IMG/VR virus record: IMGVR_UViG_3300010885_003339
Length of the DNA stretch: 64,000 bases
Reading direction: 5' to 3' (one strand)
DNA from: an uncultured virus (IMG/VR IMGVR_UViG_3300010885_003339)
Taxonomy: Duplodnaviria > Heunggongvirae > Uroviricota > Caudoviricetes
Shown: positions 46,523 to 58,900 of the stretch, piece after piece
Layout of the letters: each line of letters starts with the position of its first letter
Numbering within the stretch: position 1 is the first letter of the stretch
Notes under the pieces: generated by a model
The model's database searches: none
What the model was told of the DNA's origin: nothing
What the model saw: only the letters and a program-made list of their open reading frames with translations
Translations under genes and position numbers: made by a program

Positions 46523-46921
46523 ATGGCAATCACAGCAAGAAAATACAATTACTCTGATCTGGATCTAGACTTCATCGCACACCCTGCCACAGGTGATGTG
46601 GTTCGTAAGTTTGGTCAAGATGCTATCAAGCGTTCACTTCGTAATCTTGTTCTTACAAACTTCTATGAGAAACCATTTAGACCTGGTATTGGTTCAAATG
46701 TAACCAAGCTATTGTTCGAGAATGCTACACCGATTGTATCTAATCTTATTTCCGATGCTATCAGAAACATAGCTATGAACTATGAACCTCGTATCGATAT
46801 TCAGCAGGTATCAGTGAAGTTTAGTGATGCCGAAAATGGCTATAATGTCTCAATCGTTTTCGTCATACTTAATAGAAATGAACCAGTAAATATAAACCTT
46901 TTCTTAGAGAGAATCCGTTGA
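46523..46921 (+). CDS. gp25: Baseplate wedge / sheath initiator (gp25-like)
   Basis: YSDLDL.F..HP, AIKRS.RNL.LTN.YEKPF.P, YEPR; TCTAAATA at 46510. Confidence 0.92.
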   Translation: MAITARKYNYSDLDLDFIAHPATGDVVRKFGQDAIKRSLRNLVLTNFYEKPFRPGIGSNVTKLLFENATPIVSNLISDAIRNIAMNYEPRIDIQQVSVKFSDAENGYNVSIVFVILNRNEPVNINLFLERIR

Positions 46922-46922
46922 T

Positions 46923-49001
46923 ATGACTACAGCAAACACAGCACTCAGAGTCACAGAACTGGACTTTGATTCAATCAAGAACAACCTCAAGACCTATCTA
47001 AGAAGCCAGACAGAGTTTCAGGACTTTGACTTTGAAGGTTCTGGTATGGGCGTATTGCTGGATATCCTAGCCTATAATACACATTATATGGGCTACTATC
47101 TCAATATGACAGCCAATGAAATGTTTCTTGATACCGCACAGCTTCGTGGTTCGGTTCTCTCTCATGCTAAGATGATCAATTATATTCCTACAAGTCGCCG
47201 TGGTGCGAAGGCTGTGGTCAATATTCAGGTCACACCTTCAATCACAGAAGATAGATTAACCAATACAATTACCATACCAAAATATAAGAAGTTTATCGGC
47301 AGTGATATCGACGGTCAGAACTATGGTTTCGTTACACTATCAGCAAACGTTGCATCAAAAAGTTCAAACACATTCATCTTCAGCAATGTAGCCATCTATC
47401 AGGGTGATGTTGTTACACGACAGTTCATCATGGATCCAGGCAATACAAAAAGATCATTCCCCTTACCATCTGCTAACATTGATACTAGCACACTTACTGT
47501 AACAGTTCAAGAGTCAACATCAAATACATTCACATCAGAGTATTTCATTGTAAATGATATCACTAGCATCACATCAAATGCTGAAGTATACTTCATCGAA
47601 GAAAATCAAGATTTAAACTATACCATATATTTTGGTGATGACGTTATCGGTAAGAAACCTAAGAATGGTAGCGTCATCACCGCTACATATCTAGATACAA
47701 TCGGCGAGAGAAGCAATAACATCTCTAAGTTTGTGGCCAGCGGCGGTATTGCACAATATACTGATAATGTTTCTATCACCTCTATTCAGTCATCATTTGG
47801 TGGTAGAGAGAAAGAGACAATCGAGCAGGTTAAATTCCGCGCACCATATTACTTTGCAACACAGAATCGTGCGGTTACCGCTGATGACTATGCGGCTATT
47901 CTCACCAAAGACTATCAGAATATTGATTCGGTATCTGTATGGGGCGGTGAGCAGAATGATCCACCTGTATATGGTAAGGTCTATATCTCACTCAAGATGA
48001 AGAATAACTTCTATCTAACTAATATCGAAAAAGAAACCATCAAGCAAGAGTTGATCAATACCAGAAACGTCTTGACAGTTACACCCGAGATTGTCGATCC
48101 AGATTATACATTCATTCTTGTCAATGGTAATGTTTATTATAATCCAGCACTGACAACGGCCAGTGTCGATACTATCCGCCAGTTTGTTGTTGCATCGGTT
48201 GTCGATTATGAAGCGGCTGAATTGAACCGTTTTAACTCTACATTTAGAAAGTCGAAACTACAGAACTATGTGGAGGCGGCTGAGAAATCTATTACAGGTT
48301 CAGAAATCAGAGTGTATCTACAAAAGAGAATAGTTATTGATCCTACCATTACAACAAACTATTATATCCAGACAAAGGTACCTATTAAGAGGGGTGATCT
48401 TGTCATATCTCGTATCTCGTCATTCCCACAGGTTAATGTGTATGATGCCAGTAGTGTTCTTCGCCCAGTATTCTTCGAAGAAGTTCCGGAAGTTCTAACA
48501 GGTTTAGATTCGATTACTGTTAAAACAACTGGTCAAAGTTATAGATCAGTACCAACTGTTACCATTATTGGTGATGGGTCAGATGCTACGGCAGTGGCTA
48601 AGGTGGTTGGTGGTCGTGTTACAGGTATTGTTATCACAAACCCTGGAACAAACTATACCAGAGCCGCCATAAGTATTACTGGTGGTAATGGTTCTGGTGC
48701 ATCAGCCACATCTATTCTACAATCAAAAACAGGTAGACTTAGAACATATTATAATAAGAATACTGGTGAAAAGATCATTGTAAATGGAAATGCTGGTTTG
48801 ATCAACTATGACACAGGTCTTATTCAGCTTACTGCACTAAACACAACTGGTACAGTCACTAACGATCTATATGATACTAATGTATTAACATTCAATATTC
48901 CTATTGATAGAGAAGTTATTTCACCGTTGAGAAATCGTATTCTGTCAATCGACCAGAATAATCCATTCAGCGTTCAATTACAAGTCGTACCTGAAGCATA
49001 A
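46923..49001 (+). CDS. gp6: Baseplate wedge (gp6-like)
   Basis: LDFD.IK.NL, DFDFEGS, LAYNTHY, NEMFLDTA, QNRAVTADDY, WGGE..PP.YGKV. Confidence 0.92.
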   Translation: MTTANTALRVTELDFDSIKNNLKTYLRSQTEFQDFDFEGSGMGVLLDILAYNTHYMGYYLNMTANEMFLDTAQLRGSVLSHAKMINYIPTSRRGAKAVVNIQVTPSITEDRLTNTITIPKYKKFIGSDIDGQNYGFVTLSANVASKSSNTFIFSNVAIYQGDVVTRQFIMDPGNTKRSFPLPSANIDTSTLTVTVQESTSNTFTSEYFIVNDITSITSNAEVYFIEENQDLNYTIYFGDDVIGKKPKNGSVITATYLDTIGERSNNISKFVASGGIAQYTDNVSITSIQSSFGGREKETIEQVKFRAPYYFATQNRAVTADDYAAILTKDYQNIDSVSVWGGEQNDPPVYGKVYISLKMKNNFYLTNIEKETIKQELINTRNVLTVTPEIVDPDYTFILVNGNVYYNPALTTASVDTIRQFVVASVVDYEAAELNRFNSTFRKSKLQNYVEAAEKSITGSEIRVYLQKRIVIDPTITTNYYIQTKVPIKRGDLVISRISSFPQVNVYDASSVLRPVFFEEVPEVLTGLDSITVKTTGQSYRSVPTVTIIGDGSDATAVAKVVGGRVTGIVITNPGTNYTRAAISITGGNGSGASATSILQSKTGRLRTYYNKNTGEKIIVNGNAGLINYDTGLIQLTALNTTGTVTNDLYDTNVLTFNIPIDREVISPLRNRILSIDQNNPFSVQLQVVPEA

Positions 49002-49004
49002 AAA

Positions 49005-51608
49005 ATGACAGCAGCCAATACACGCATATCAAATCTCATTAGTAGTCAGGTACCGTTTTATGTTAGAAACGATCACCCGAACTTTATCCGTTTCTTAGAG
49101 TCATACTATGAATATCTAGAACAAGAGAACAAAGACCTTGATACACTCAAGAGTATGCGTGAATACTCGGATATTGATACAACACGAGATGATTTTCTAA
49201 ACAAATTCTATAATAACTTTATGAAATTGTTTCCTGATGGTACAGTTGTCGATAAGACTCTTGTCCTGAAACATATCAAAGAGTTCTATCAGTCTAGAGG
49301 TTCAGCTAAGTCCGTTAAGTTCTTACTTCGTATTCTCTATAACCAAGAGATTGAAGATATCTATCTACCAAAGCAAGATATTCTTAGAGCCTCTGATGGT
49401 AAATGGCATATCGAGAAAGTATTGCTGTTAGGTGATGTTCAGGTCAATAACATATCTAATTCGATGGCCTCAACGATTAATTACTTCGTGGCCAACCGAG
49501 TTGTAGGTCAAACATCAAACGCATTTGCTATTGTTGAAAAAGCATCATCATACTATAACCGTGACTTTCTAATCAATGAACTTTCTATCTCAAACAAATA
49601 TAGAAACTTCGATGGCGGTGAGAAAATCTATTGCTTCTTTGAAGAGAATGGCCAACAGAAATTTCTCTCAGCTAACCTATTCTCTGGATTTATCGACACT
49701 GTTAGTGTAATCTATGGTGGCACCGGCTATTCGGTTGGTGATAATGTTGTCATCGAAAGCAATACAGGCTCAGGTGGTCTTATCGTTGTCGATACAGTAA
49801 TGACAGGTAACGTTAAGACGATATATCCTGATGTTAATCCTGAATTGCGTGGTGCAGGCTTTCAAGTCAATCAACAGATATTGTTTACTGGCGGTAGCGG
49901 TGGCTTCGGTGCTAATGCTCGTATCTCAGCCGTATTAGCGGATTCATCTGTTCATCCTAATTCATATGTTATGATCGCATCTGTTATCTCAGATGAGGTC
50001 AATACACGCATCGGAAATACTATTATCTCATATGAAACTTTTGCATATCAAAACCTAGCTACTCAATATATTCGATCATCAAATCTAACGATTGGCACAG
50101 GCACAGGCAATTCTGTTAACGTAATCAATCTCAGCGCACAGAAAGCTAACTCAAATACATTCTTTGAAACATATGATAGTTTGAATGTCAATGGTGTTAT
50201 TGTGTTGGTTACATCATCCAATACAATCGCCAATACGATTACAGTAAGACCTGGTCTCACCGGTAATTTAATAGCCAATTCTTTCATTGTTATTAAGAAA
50301 GCTAATGATTACACCACTATCGCTAATGCGGTTGTGAGTTATGTCTATGCTAATACTGGCCCTATGGATCAATTACAGCTAGTAGCACATGGCGATTATT
50401 ATCTGACCACTCCAGTAACTTCAGTTGTAGCCAATACACGAATTAGATCACTTGGTGTATTAGGTAGAATGAAGATTCATAATGGTGGTACCGGATATGC
50501 GGTTGGTGATACGATTACCTTCACTAATGTTCCATTTGGTTATGGAACTGGGGCGGCCGCCAATGTTACGAGTGTGGCTGCAAACGGTATGATTCGACAG
50601 GTTAGATTTAAACCTGTCACAGGTCAGATCACCGGTGGTTCTGGTTATGAGATGAACTTCTTACCTCTGGCTAGTGTAACATCCGCTAATGGTAATGGCG
50701 CCAACATTATGGTGACAACACTACTAGGTCAAGGTGAATCTATATCAACCATCATGAATAAAGCTGGCACATTGATGACACTAGCTGTTGTGGCATCCGG
50801 ATCTGGATATGATACAATACCGACTTTGAATCTATCTAATAGCGGTGACGGTACCGCTCAGGCGGCCGCCACAATAATCAAGGGTGAATATAATTACCCC
50901 GGTCGTTACCTCAATGATGATGGCCATATATCTGGTTATAACTTCATTGAGGATAGAGATTATTATCAGTCCTTCTCATATGTTGTTAAGTCTCGCCAGT
51001 CCGTAGATTCATATCGTCAAGCACTTAATCAGCTTGTTCATCCATCAGGTATGAAGCTATTTGCCGAATATCTATATGATAATACTGGAGACAATAATAA
51101 CGTCTCTATCCAGTCGTCCAATGGTATATACAACCAGTCAACACGCAGTGGTAAATATGTGGCGACAAGTAATGCCAATGGTATCACAATCGTGGTTAAT
51201 GCCGACTCTAATACAATCAATTTGACCTCATTATCGAACGTATATATCGAGTTTGTTACAGGTGATATGGTTAACTTGAGCAATGCAATCTATAGAGCGA
51301 ATGTCATTAATACCACCTCATTCAGCGTCTATAGGGCGAATGTTCGAACAGGTACCGTAAGAGCTAACTCAGGTAATGGTAACACATTCTCACTAATGGG
51401 TACCGGAACAAACTTCAAGTCTGATCTAGCTGTTGGTGATGTGATCAAGATTGGTGGTTGGTCTAATACATTCTATGTTGGTGTTTTATCGAACGCCAGC
51501 AATCTGTATGTTACAGATACATTACCTCCATACATCACAGGTAATACATATGGTAGAGTTTACACTCCTTCGAACAGTAGCGGTACAATCTACTTTACCA
51601 GCATATAA
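49005..51608 (+). CDS. gp7: Baseplate wedge initiator (gp7-like)
   Basis: F..FL..YYEYLE, K.IKEFY.SRGS, ILRASDGKW, D.DYYQ.FSYV, HPSGM. Confidence 0.8.
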   Translation: MTAANTRISNLISSQVPFYVRNDHPNFIRFLESYYEYLEQENKDLDTLKSMREYSDIDTTRDDFLNKFYNNFMKLFPDGTVVDKTLVLKHIKEFYQSRGSAKSVKFLLRILYNQEIEDIYLPKQDILRASDGKWHIEKVLLLGDVQVNNISNSMASTINYFVANRVVGQTSNAFAIVEKASSYYNRDFLINELSISNKYRNFDGGEKIYCFFEENGQQKFLSANLFSGFIDTVSVIYGGTGYSVGDNVVIESNTGSGGLIVVDTVMTGNVKTIYPDVNPELRGAGFQVNQQILFTGGSGGFGANARISAVLADSSVHPNSYVMIASVISDEVNTRIGNTIISYETFAYQNLATQYIRSSNLTIGTGTGNSVNVINLSAQKANSNTFFETYDSLNVNGVIVLVTSSNTIANTITVRPGLTGNLIANSFIVIKKANDYTTIANAVVSYVYANTGPMDQLQLVAHGDYYLTTPVTSVVANTRIRSLGVLGRMKIHNGGTGYAVGDTITFTNVPFGYGTGAAANVTSVAANGMIRQVRFKPVTGQITGGSGYEMNFLPLASVTSANGNGANIMVTTLLGQGESISTIMNKAGTLMTLAVVASGSGYDTIPTLNLSNSGDGTAQAAATIIKGEYNYPGRYLNDDGHISGYNFIEDRDYYQSFSYVVKSRQSVDSYRQALNQLVHPSGMKLFAEYLYDNTGDNNNVSIQSSNGIYNQSTRSGKYVATSNANGITIVVNADSNTINLTSLSNVYIEFVTGDMVNLSNAIYRANVINTTSFSVYRANVRTGTVRANSGNGNTFSLMGTGTNFKSDLAVGDVIKIGGWSNTFYVGVLSNASNLYVTDTLPPYITGNTYGRVYTPSNSSGTIYFTSI

Positions 51609-51611
51609 ATA
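51604..51611 (+). promoter_or_regulatory. T4 late promoter
   Basis: Perfect TATAAATA before gp8. Confidence 0.7.
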
Positions 51612-51634
51612 TAATGGAATAATAGGATATAAAA

Positions 51635-52966
51635 ATGCCGTCCATCTTTACTGAAAATCTTCGTGTCTATAATGCTGAACAGTTCAAACAGTCAATCTCT
51701 GATGTGGGACCGACTAATATCTATTTGACATTTGGTAGAACTAGACCTTGGGATAATGAGAGTGTTCCACCTCAGGCCAACTCATCTGTTGAAGGGTTCA
51801 ATGATGTATGGAGAAACATGATCGGTGCAAAACTGGTCACAGGTAATGATGTTCGCCATGCTATTCCTAGACGCGATTGGACCTCAGGTACAACTTATGC
51901 TATGTATGATAACGAAGAACAGGTTGGATATCTATTTTCTGATAATGTATCTTTTTTCGTTGTCACATCGGATTGGAATGTATACAAGTGTCTGATGAAT
52001 AACTATGGTAAACCATCGACGGTCATGCCAACTCAGACCATTCTGAACTCACCTGTTAAAGAATCTGATGGTTATATTTGGAAGTATATGTATACTGTTG
52101 CGGCTGAAGAAAGACTTAGATTTACAACCAGTGCATATATTCCTGTTAGAACACTGGTCAATAATAACAACTCGATGCAGTGGAGAGTCCAACAAGCCGC
52201 AAGAGAAGGCACTATTGATGTTGTAGAGGTGATCAGCGGTGGTTCTGGTTACATGAATGCTAATACGATCATTGTCACTATTACTGGTGATGGTCTCGGC
52301 GCTCAAGCATTTGCTAGTATCAATACTATATCAAATACAGTTAATACTGTTACAATCACAAATCCAGGTACCAATTATACATATGGTTTCGTTGATATTG
52401 TTGATTCAGGAACAGGAGCTAATGCTATTGCTAAACCTCGCATTCCTCCTCCAGGTGGTCATGGTAGTGACCCTATGAGAGAATTAGGTGGTTCATATAT
52501 CATTATCAATCCGAGAATCATTAGAACTGAAGATGGTCAGTTACCTGTCACGAACGAGTTCAGACAGATTTCTATCTTGCAAGACCCTCATGAAAGAGTT
52601 GCAGATAACGTAGCTAATTCTCTAGTCTATACACAGACAACTAGAATGATCCTAAGTACCGGTTCAGTGGACTATTACCATGATGAAACGGTCTATCAAG
52701 GTTCATCTCTAGCTGAAGCATTATTTACAGGTATCGTATGTGCATGGGATGCTCCAAATAATTTCATTCAATTAACAAATACAACAGGAACTCCGGCAGC
52801 GGACGTTCTTGTTGGTGCTAATAGTGCGGCAGCCCGATTCGTCGAATCTATTACAGATAAAGAACTAAAAGACTACTCAGGTCATCTACTATATACCGAT
52901 AATATCAGTCCTATCACTCGTGCAAACGATCAGACCGAGGACTTTAAGATCGTATTGAAATTCTAA
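51635..52966 (+). CDS. gp8: Baseplate wedge (gp8-like)
   Basis: VYKCL.N, DGYIWKYMY, GGHG.DP..ELG, R..DQTED.K. Confidence 0.88.
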   Translation: MPSIFTENLRVYNAEQFKQSISDVGPTNIYLTFGRTRPWDNESVPPQANSSVEGFNDVWRNMIGAKLVTGNDVRHAIPRRDWTSGTTYAMYDNEEQVGYLFSDNVSFFVVTSDWNVYKCLMNNYGKPSTVMPTQTILNSPVKESDGYIWKYMYTVAAEERLRFTTSAYIPVRTLVNNNNSMQWRVQQAAREGTIDVVEVISGGSGYMNANTIIVTITGDGLGAQAFASINTISNTVNTVTITNPGTNYTYGFVDIVDSGTGANAIAKPRIPPPGGHGSDPMRELGGSYIIINPRIIRTEDGQLPVTNEFRQISILQDPHERVADNVANSLVYTQTTRMILSTGSVDYYHDETVYQGSSLAEALFTGIVCAWDAPNNFIQLTNTTGTPAADVLVGANSAAARFVESITDKELKDYSGHLLYTDNISPITRANDQTEDFKIVLKF

Positions 52967-52983
52967 AAAGGAACGATAAGAAA

Positions 52984-55900
52984 ATGGTTGATCCAGTATT
53001 AACAGCCGCACAGAACGCCTCTGGGAACACTACGAATCTAGGAAACACGGGGTTAACGACTAACTTTAACGTCACACCCTATTATGATGATTATGATCCC
53101 AATGATCAGTATTATAGAATCTTGTATAAACCAGGATTTGCAGTGCAGGCTCGTGAACTCACTCAGATGCAATCAATGTTGCAGAGCCAAATCTATAGAA
53201 TGGGTCGGCATGTATTCAAAGATGGTACTATTGTTCTTCCAGGTGGTTTTCGCGTTCGCACCAATGCTGGTGAGAAAAAAGGTGAACCCATCGACTATGT
53301 TAAGATTAAGACAACGAATGCTTCAAACGTTTCTGTGAATGTTAATGATCTTGTTGGTTCAACGCTTACTGGTGCAACCAGCAATATTAAAGCCTATGTT
53401 ATTGATGTGGCCGATAGCGATGGTACAACACAAAATACAAAGACAGTCTACGTCAGCTATATGAGTGCGTCATCCGTTGATTCAAATGTTCGCACATTTC
53501 TTGCTGGAGAAACTCTAACAAGTGCAAATAATGGTGGTGCTATTGTTCTCGATAGTGATCCTGTAGCCAACACAGGATATGCTGGTTGGTTCCAGATTCA
53601 AGAAGGTGTTTACTTTGCTAAAGAACATTTCATCTATTTCCCAACTCAGTCGGTGGTTCTTGACCGCTACAATCCTAATCCAACCTGTAAGGTTGGCTTC
53701 ATTGTATCAGAAGAAATTGTCAACTATAACCAAGATTCAAATCTTCTTGACCCCGCTCTTGAAGCATCTAACTATTCTGCCCCAGGTGCTGACCGATTTA
53801 AACTTGCATCAACACTTAGCGTTCTAAGTATTGATGATGCAGCCGGTCTACCAGATTTCGTGACATTGTTTACCATTAAAGATGGTATTATGCAAATATC
53901 TCGTGAAAAGACTGATTATAACATACTTGGTGATGCTATTGCTGAAAGAACCTATAATGAGTCAGGCGATTATGTTGTTCGCGGACTTAACGTTCAGGTT
54001 CAAGAGCATGATCGTGTAGAATCTCCTGTCAATAACCAAGGGAGATATGCTAACGGTAACAATCAACTTCTTATTGTTAACGTAGATCCGGGTATTGGCT
54101 ATGTTAAAGGTTATCAGATCAGCAACCAAGACATTGTTTCTATCGAAGTTGAAAAACCTACAGAATATAACAATGTCGCATCTCAGATCACATCAACTTC
54201 GATGGGTCAATATCTAAGAGTTAATGAAGCTGTCGGTTCATGGCAACTCGATCAAGGTGCTAGAGTTAACTTTTATGATGTGGTTCAGAAAAGAATCACT
54301 AATAATGATGTGACAACAGGTCAAAAATGGTCAGTTGGTGCCCAGACTGGTAACCTTATCGGTTCCGCTGTCGTTAACTCTGTCCAGTATACGGGTTCAG
54401 GCACCCTTGGCTATGACGCTCAATATGATATCTTCTTATCAGATATCAAGATGATCGGCGCTAATAGCACAGCAAACATTCGAAGCCTGTATTATGATAA
54501 CACTCCACACTCAGATGTTGGTGCTGACGTTGTTGGTGCAAGTAATTCAACATCAAATACTACGCTCAGAGGTCTTGATCAAGCAGCATTACTTTATTAT
54601 GTAGGATCAAACTCTGTAAAAACTGCTAGAGATATTAATGGTAATCCTACTACAATCTATAACTTCAATAGAACTGACGGTATTGCGGCGGCTCTGACAT
54701 TCAGCACAAGCGGTACAACAACTATCACTCTTTCGGGCAACACAACTTCCCAGATTCCATATGGAACTGTAGCGTCATTGTCACAGGCCGATAAGACACA
54801 AGATTTCTTAGTGACACTGAATCAGACCTTTAATATTGGACCTCTCTGGTCAGCAACTATAACATCAAACGGTACAAGATATCTAACTAGTGCTAATGCT
54901 AACTTCACTAGAATGAATGTCGGTGATAAGATCGAACTTGCAGGAAACCCAAATACATGGTATATCTCAGCTATCTCTGATGATAATCATATCATGGTAT
55001 CAAACACAGTTCCTTCATATGCTTCAGGCAATCTTGCTTTCAAAGCCTACAAGACCGGCGACATTATCAATATGTCAGGTAAAGGTGTGCTTGTTGGTAC
55101 TGAAAGAAATATTGCCGCAACACCGACTAGCCTCGCATTTGATCTGAAAGAAACTTTCCCATCAACTGTAGCGGCCACAATCACATATCAGATTGCATCA
55201 AAACAGTCTACAGAAGTTGCTAAAATCTTGAAACCAAACCGCTTCGTCAAGATTAACTGCTCAACGGCAGGTACATCTGGACCATTCTCTCTTGGTTTTG
55301 CTGATGTGTATCGGATTCGTAATGTTATTAAGAAAACTGGTTCAGCACCGAGTTCACTATCTGATGGTACAAACGTAACTAGATACTTCACTCTCGACAA
55401 TGGTCAGAAAGATACTTTCTATGATATTGCCAAGCTGAAGAAATTTAATGGCTACACTCTCGGCGCCACAGACTTCTTGCTAATCGAACTCGATTACTTC
55501 GAACCAAGTTTCTCAGGTCGTGCAGGTTTCTTCACTGTAGATTCATATCCAATTCAGGATAATGATGCTAATAGTTCAAATTCAACTATCAGAACCGAAA
55601 ATATTCCACTATACATCTCACCAACTACTGGTCAGAAGTATGACTTGCGTAATAACATCGACTTCAGACCTATTAAGGCTGCAACTGCTACCGATACAAC
55701 TGTTGTCGCTTCTGCTACAATCAATCCATCATCTAACTCATCTACATATAGCTTCGGCGCAAGTGGTCTAAAATTCCCTGTGCCTTCAACCGAAGTTATC
55801 TATGATTACTCATACTATCTCGGTAGAAAAGATGTTGTTATAGGCACAAAAAATAATAGATTTGCTGTTGTTAAAGGTGCATCATCAGCGACTCCATTGA

Positions 55901-58900
55901 TTCCAGAAACATCCGATAACAATATGATTCTTGCGGTTATCAATGTTCCTCCATATCCAACTGTATCACCAACATATGGTAATAATCTTGGTAGAAGAGA
56001 CCTTGCCTGTTCTGTTCAGAAGGCCTCAAATCGTAGATATACCATGCGTGATATTGGTGTTCTAGAAAATAGAATCAAAAACCTTGAGTATTATACAGGG
56101 TTAACGATGCTTGAAAAAGATGCATTGAATCTGAAGATCACTGACGATGCGGGTAATGATCGTTTCAAAAACGGTATCTTCTTAGACACATTTAAGGACA
56201 CCTCGCTCTCTGCTAAAGGTGCGAATCCAGATTTTAGAATTGTTGTTGATCCTAATGAATTGAGCCTTGTGCCTCTATATGTTCAAGAATCATGGAAGCA
56301 CGAATATCTTTCAGGCTCTACAACTGGTACGGCTGTTGCTGTTAATAATAATATCATAACCTTTGCATATACAGAAACTTCACAGTTCGTGCAACCAAAA
56401 GTTACTGATCATAGATTGCTTGAAAGAGGTACGTTCCTTTATAGAGGAGCATTAAATATTCTTCCAAATCAAGATATGTGGATTGATACGACTTATGCTC
56501 CTGATGAAATAGTTAAAATTGAAGCAAATAACTCCGGACTAAGTATCAGTGTAGGCAATTCAGCAAACGGCTGGACTGATGATAAAGACGCACAGGTCAC
56601 TAAGAGTCTTCTGAATACCGACTGGGAATCTTGGAAACAACACATTACTGGTTATAAGCTCTATAAAGGTGAAGGCGCTTCTAAGGTTCTTTATGGAACG
56701 TATGCAAATGAAGAAGAGGCTAGGGACGCTGCCGCTACTTGGACAACAAAACAAAATCAAGGTTCGGCCACACTCGAAACACTTTATTATAATGATAGAA
56801 TTGGCACAAGCTACTACGCCAACTATAGCACAGATGATGCCGCCGGCTCATATAAGATGATCTCAAGCACGAAGATTCCATATATTAGACCTCAGACACT
56901 CTATGTTATAGGTGTAGGTCTGAAACCTTATAGTAAAGTCAAAGTATTCTTTGATGGCGTTAGCGTATCTGCTTATTGCAGGCCTTTGACCTACAAACAA
57001 TTCGCGGTGCTTGCGGCCGGTTATTCGCCTATTGTAGGTGAATATTATGGAAGTCTTGGTGATCCGCTAATTGTTGATGATATTGGAAGAACTTTCTTTG
57101 AGTTCCATCTCACACAGGATGGTCCTCGTTTTAGAACTGGCGAAAGACGACTGTATGTTCTCGATGGTGATCAGATTGATCCTCAGCAAATCTCAGCCGA
57201 ACTCGATGCATCTACAACCGCATCCGGTATCTTCGTTGCTGATGGTACTGCTCAGACATTACAGAGAACAGTCTATTCAACGTCAGGTTATGAAAGAACA
57301 TATGGACCTGCATATGACAGGGCAAAAGAAGAATCTTCATATGCGGTTATGCCTAATACATGGACACCACCACCCAAGCATGGTCACTGTTGCTTCAATC
57401 CAGAAGCTAAGGTTCTCATGGCTGACAAGACATGGAAAGCTATCCAAGATATTGTAGAAGGTGAAAAAGTTCTTGGTGATAATGGTCAGGTCAATACTGT
57501 TCAGAAGGTTAATGCACCTCGTATCGAAGATAGAAAACTGATCAAATTTGAAGGTATTGATGGTACCACATTCTTCTCAACCGATGATCACTTGTTTATG
57601 ACCGACAAAGGTTGGAAAACATGGGATATTGAGGCTGTTAAGAAGTCTTATGATGATGGATTCAAGATCGATTATGTGTTCTTGGAAAATGACAACAAGA
57701 CATGCAGCATCGACCATAATGACAAACTGAAAGTTATTAAACCTGAAACTCTATCTTATGACTTCGTTCCTTATGAAGGTGAGATAGGTATGCATGGTTA
57801 TACCTCAGAAGATTTGGTCTATGACTTGACTCTTGACGGTAATATGACCTATATCGTTGAAGGTTATGTCGTTCATAACTGTTGCGTAGCATATGTTGTG
57901 TTCATCAAAGCACCTGATGAAGAAGAAGGTATATTCGTAACAAGTATGGATGTATTCATACATTCCAAATCTACAACAAGAGGCCTATGGTTTGAAATCA
58001 GGGAAGTTGATAAGGGTGGAGGTATTACACCTACAACAATTCCAGGAAGTTCGGTACACTATGAGAATGCAGATATCGTCGTTTCACCAAACGGTAAAGA
58101 TAGCCCAATGCATGTTGTGTTCCCAAGACCAGTATTCTTGTTCAAGGACACCAACTATGCATTTATCGTCCATTCCGATAGCCCAAGCCCGCTTGACGTT
58201 GATCCTGACACTTCAATCTGGATCTCTAGACTTGGTGAGACTGATATTAACACTGGTCAGAAGGTATCTGATAGGCAAGCTACAGGTACATTCTATCAGA
58301 CACTCAATAACCGCTCATGGGATCTAATTGATGGTCTAGACTTGACCTGCAACATCTATAGAGCCGTGTTCCCGAAAGATACTACAGCCAACTTCATCAT
58401 TGGTAATGAACCAGTCGAAAAGTTCTTCATGGCCAATGCTTCTACTTCACTGAGTGGTAAAGTTGGTAGCTGGTTTACAACAGGTGATACTCTGACTGTA
58501 ACTGGTGCTAACGGAACTATCGCTCTAACAGATAGAGTTCAAGGCAATACCTCAGTAGCTAATGCTAACGGTAATGTCGTAAATGTTATTAGTGCGACAC
58601 AGTTTGCTGTATCTAAAACAAGATATCAGATTGGTGAGAAAGTAAACATCTACTATTCATCAAATAGCACATACAAGTGTTCTGCTACTGTTACAGCCAT
58701 CTCAAACAGTTCAGCTAAGTTGTCTTACTATAATGAATCGGCCTCTAGTATCTACGGTGAGTTTAAAAATTCTACTGGCGGATTCAAAGTAGGTTCTGTG
58801 ATTAGTGATATGATAGAAGGTACTACATATAGTGCCCAAGTAACTACTATTGATGATTATGCATATGGCGCCTTCAGTTATGAGCCAACTGTTCTCGACT

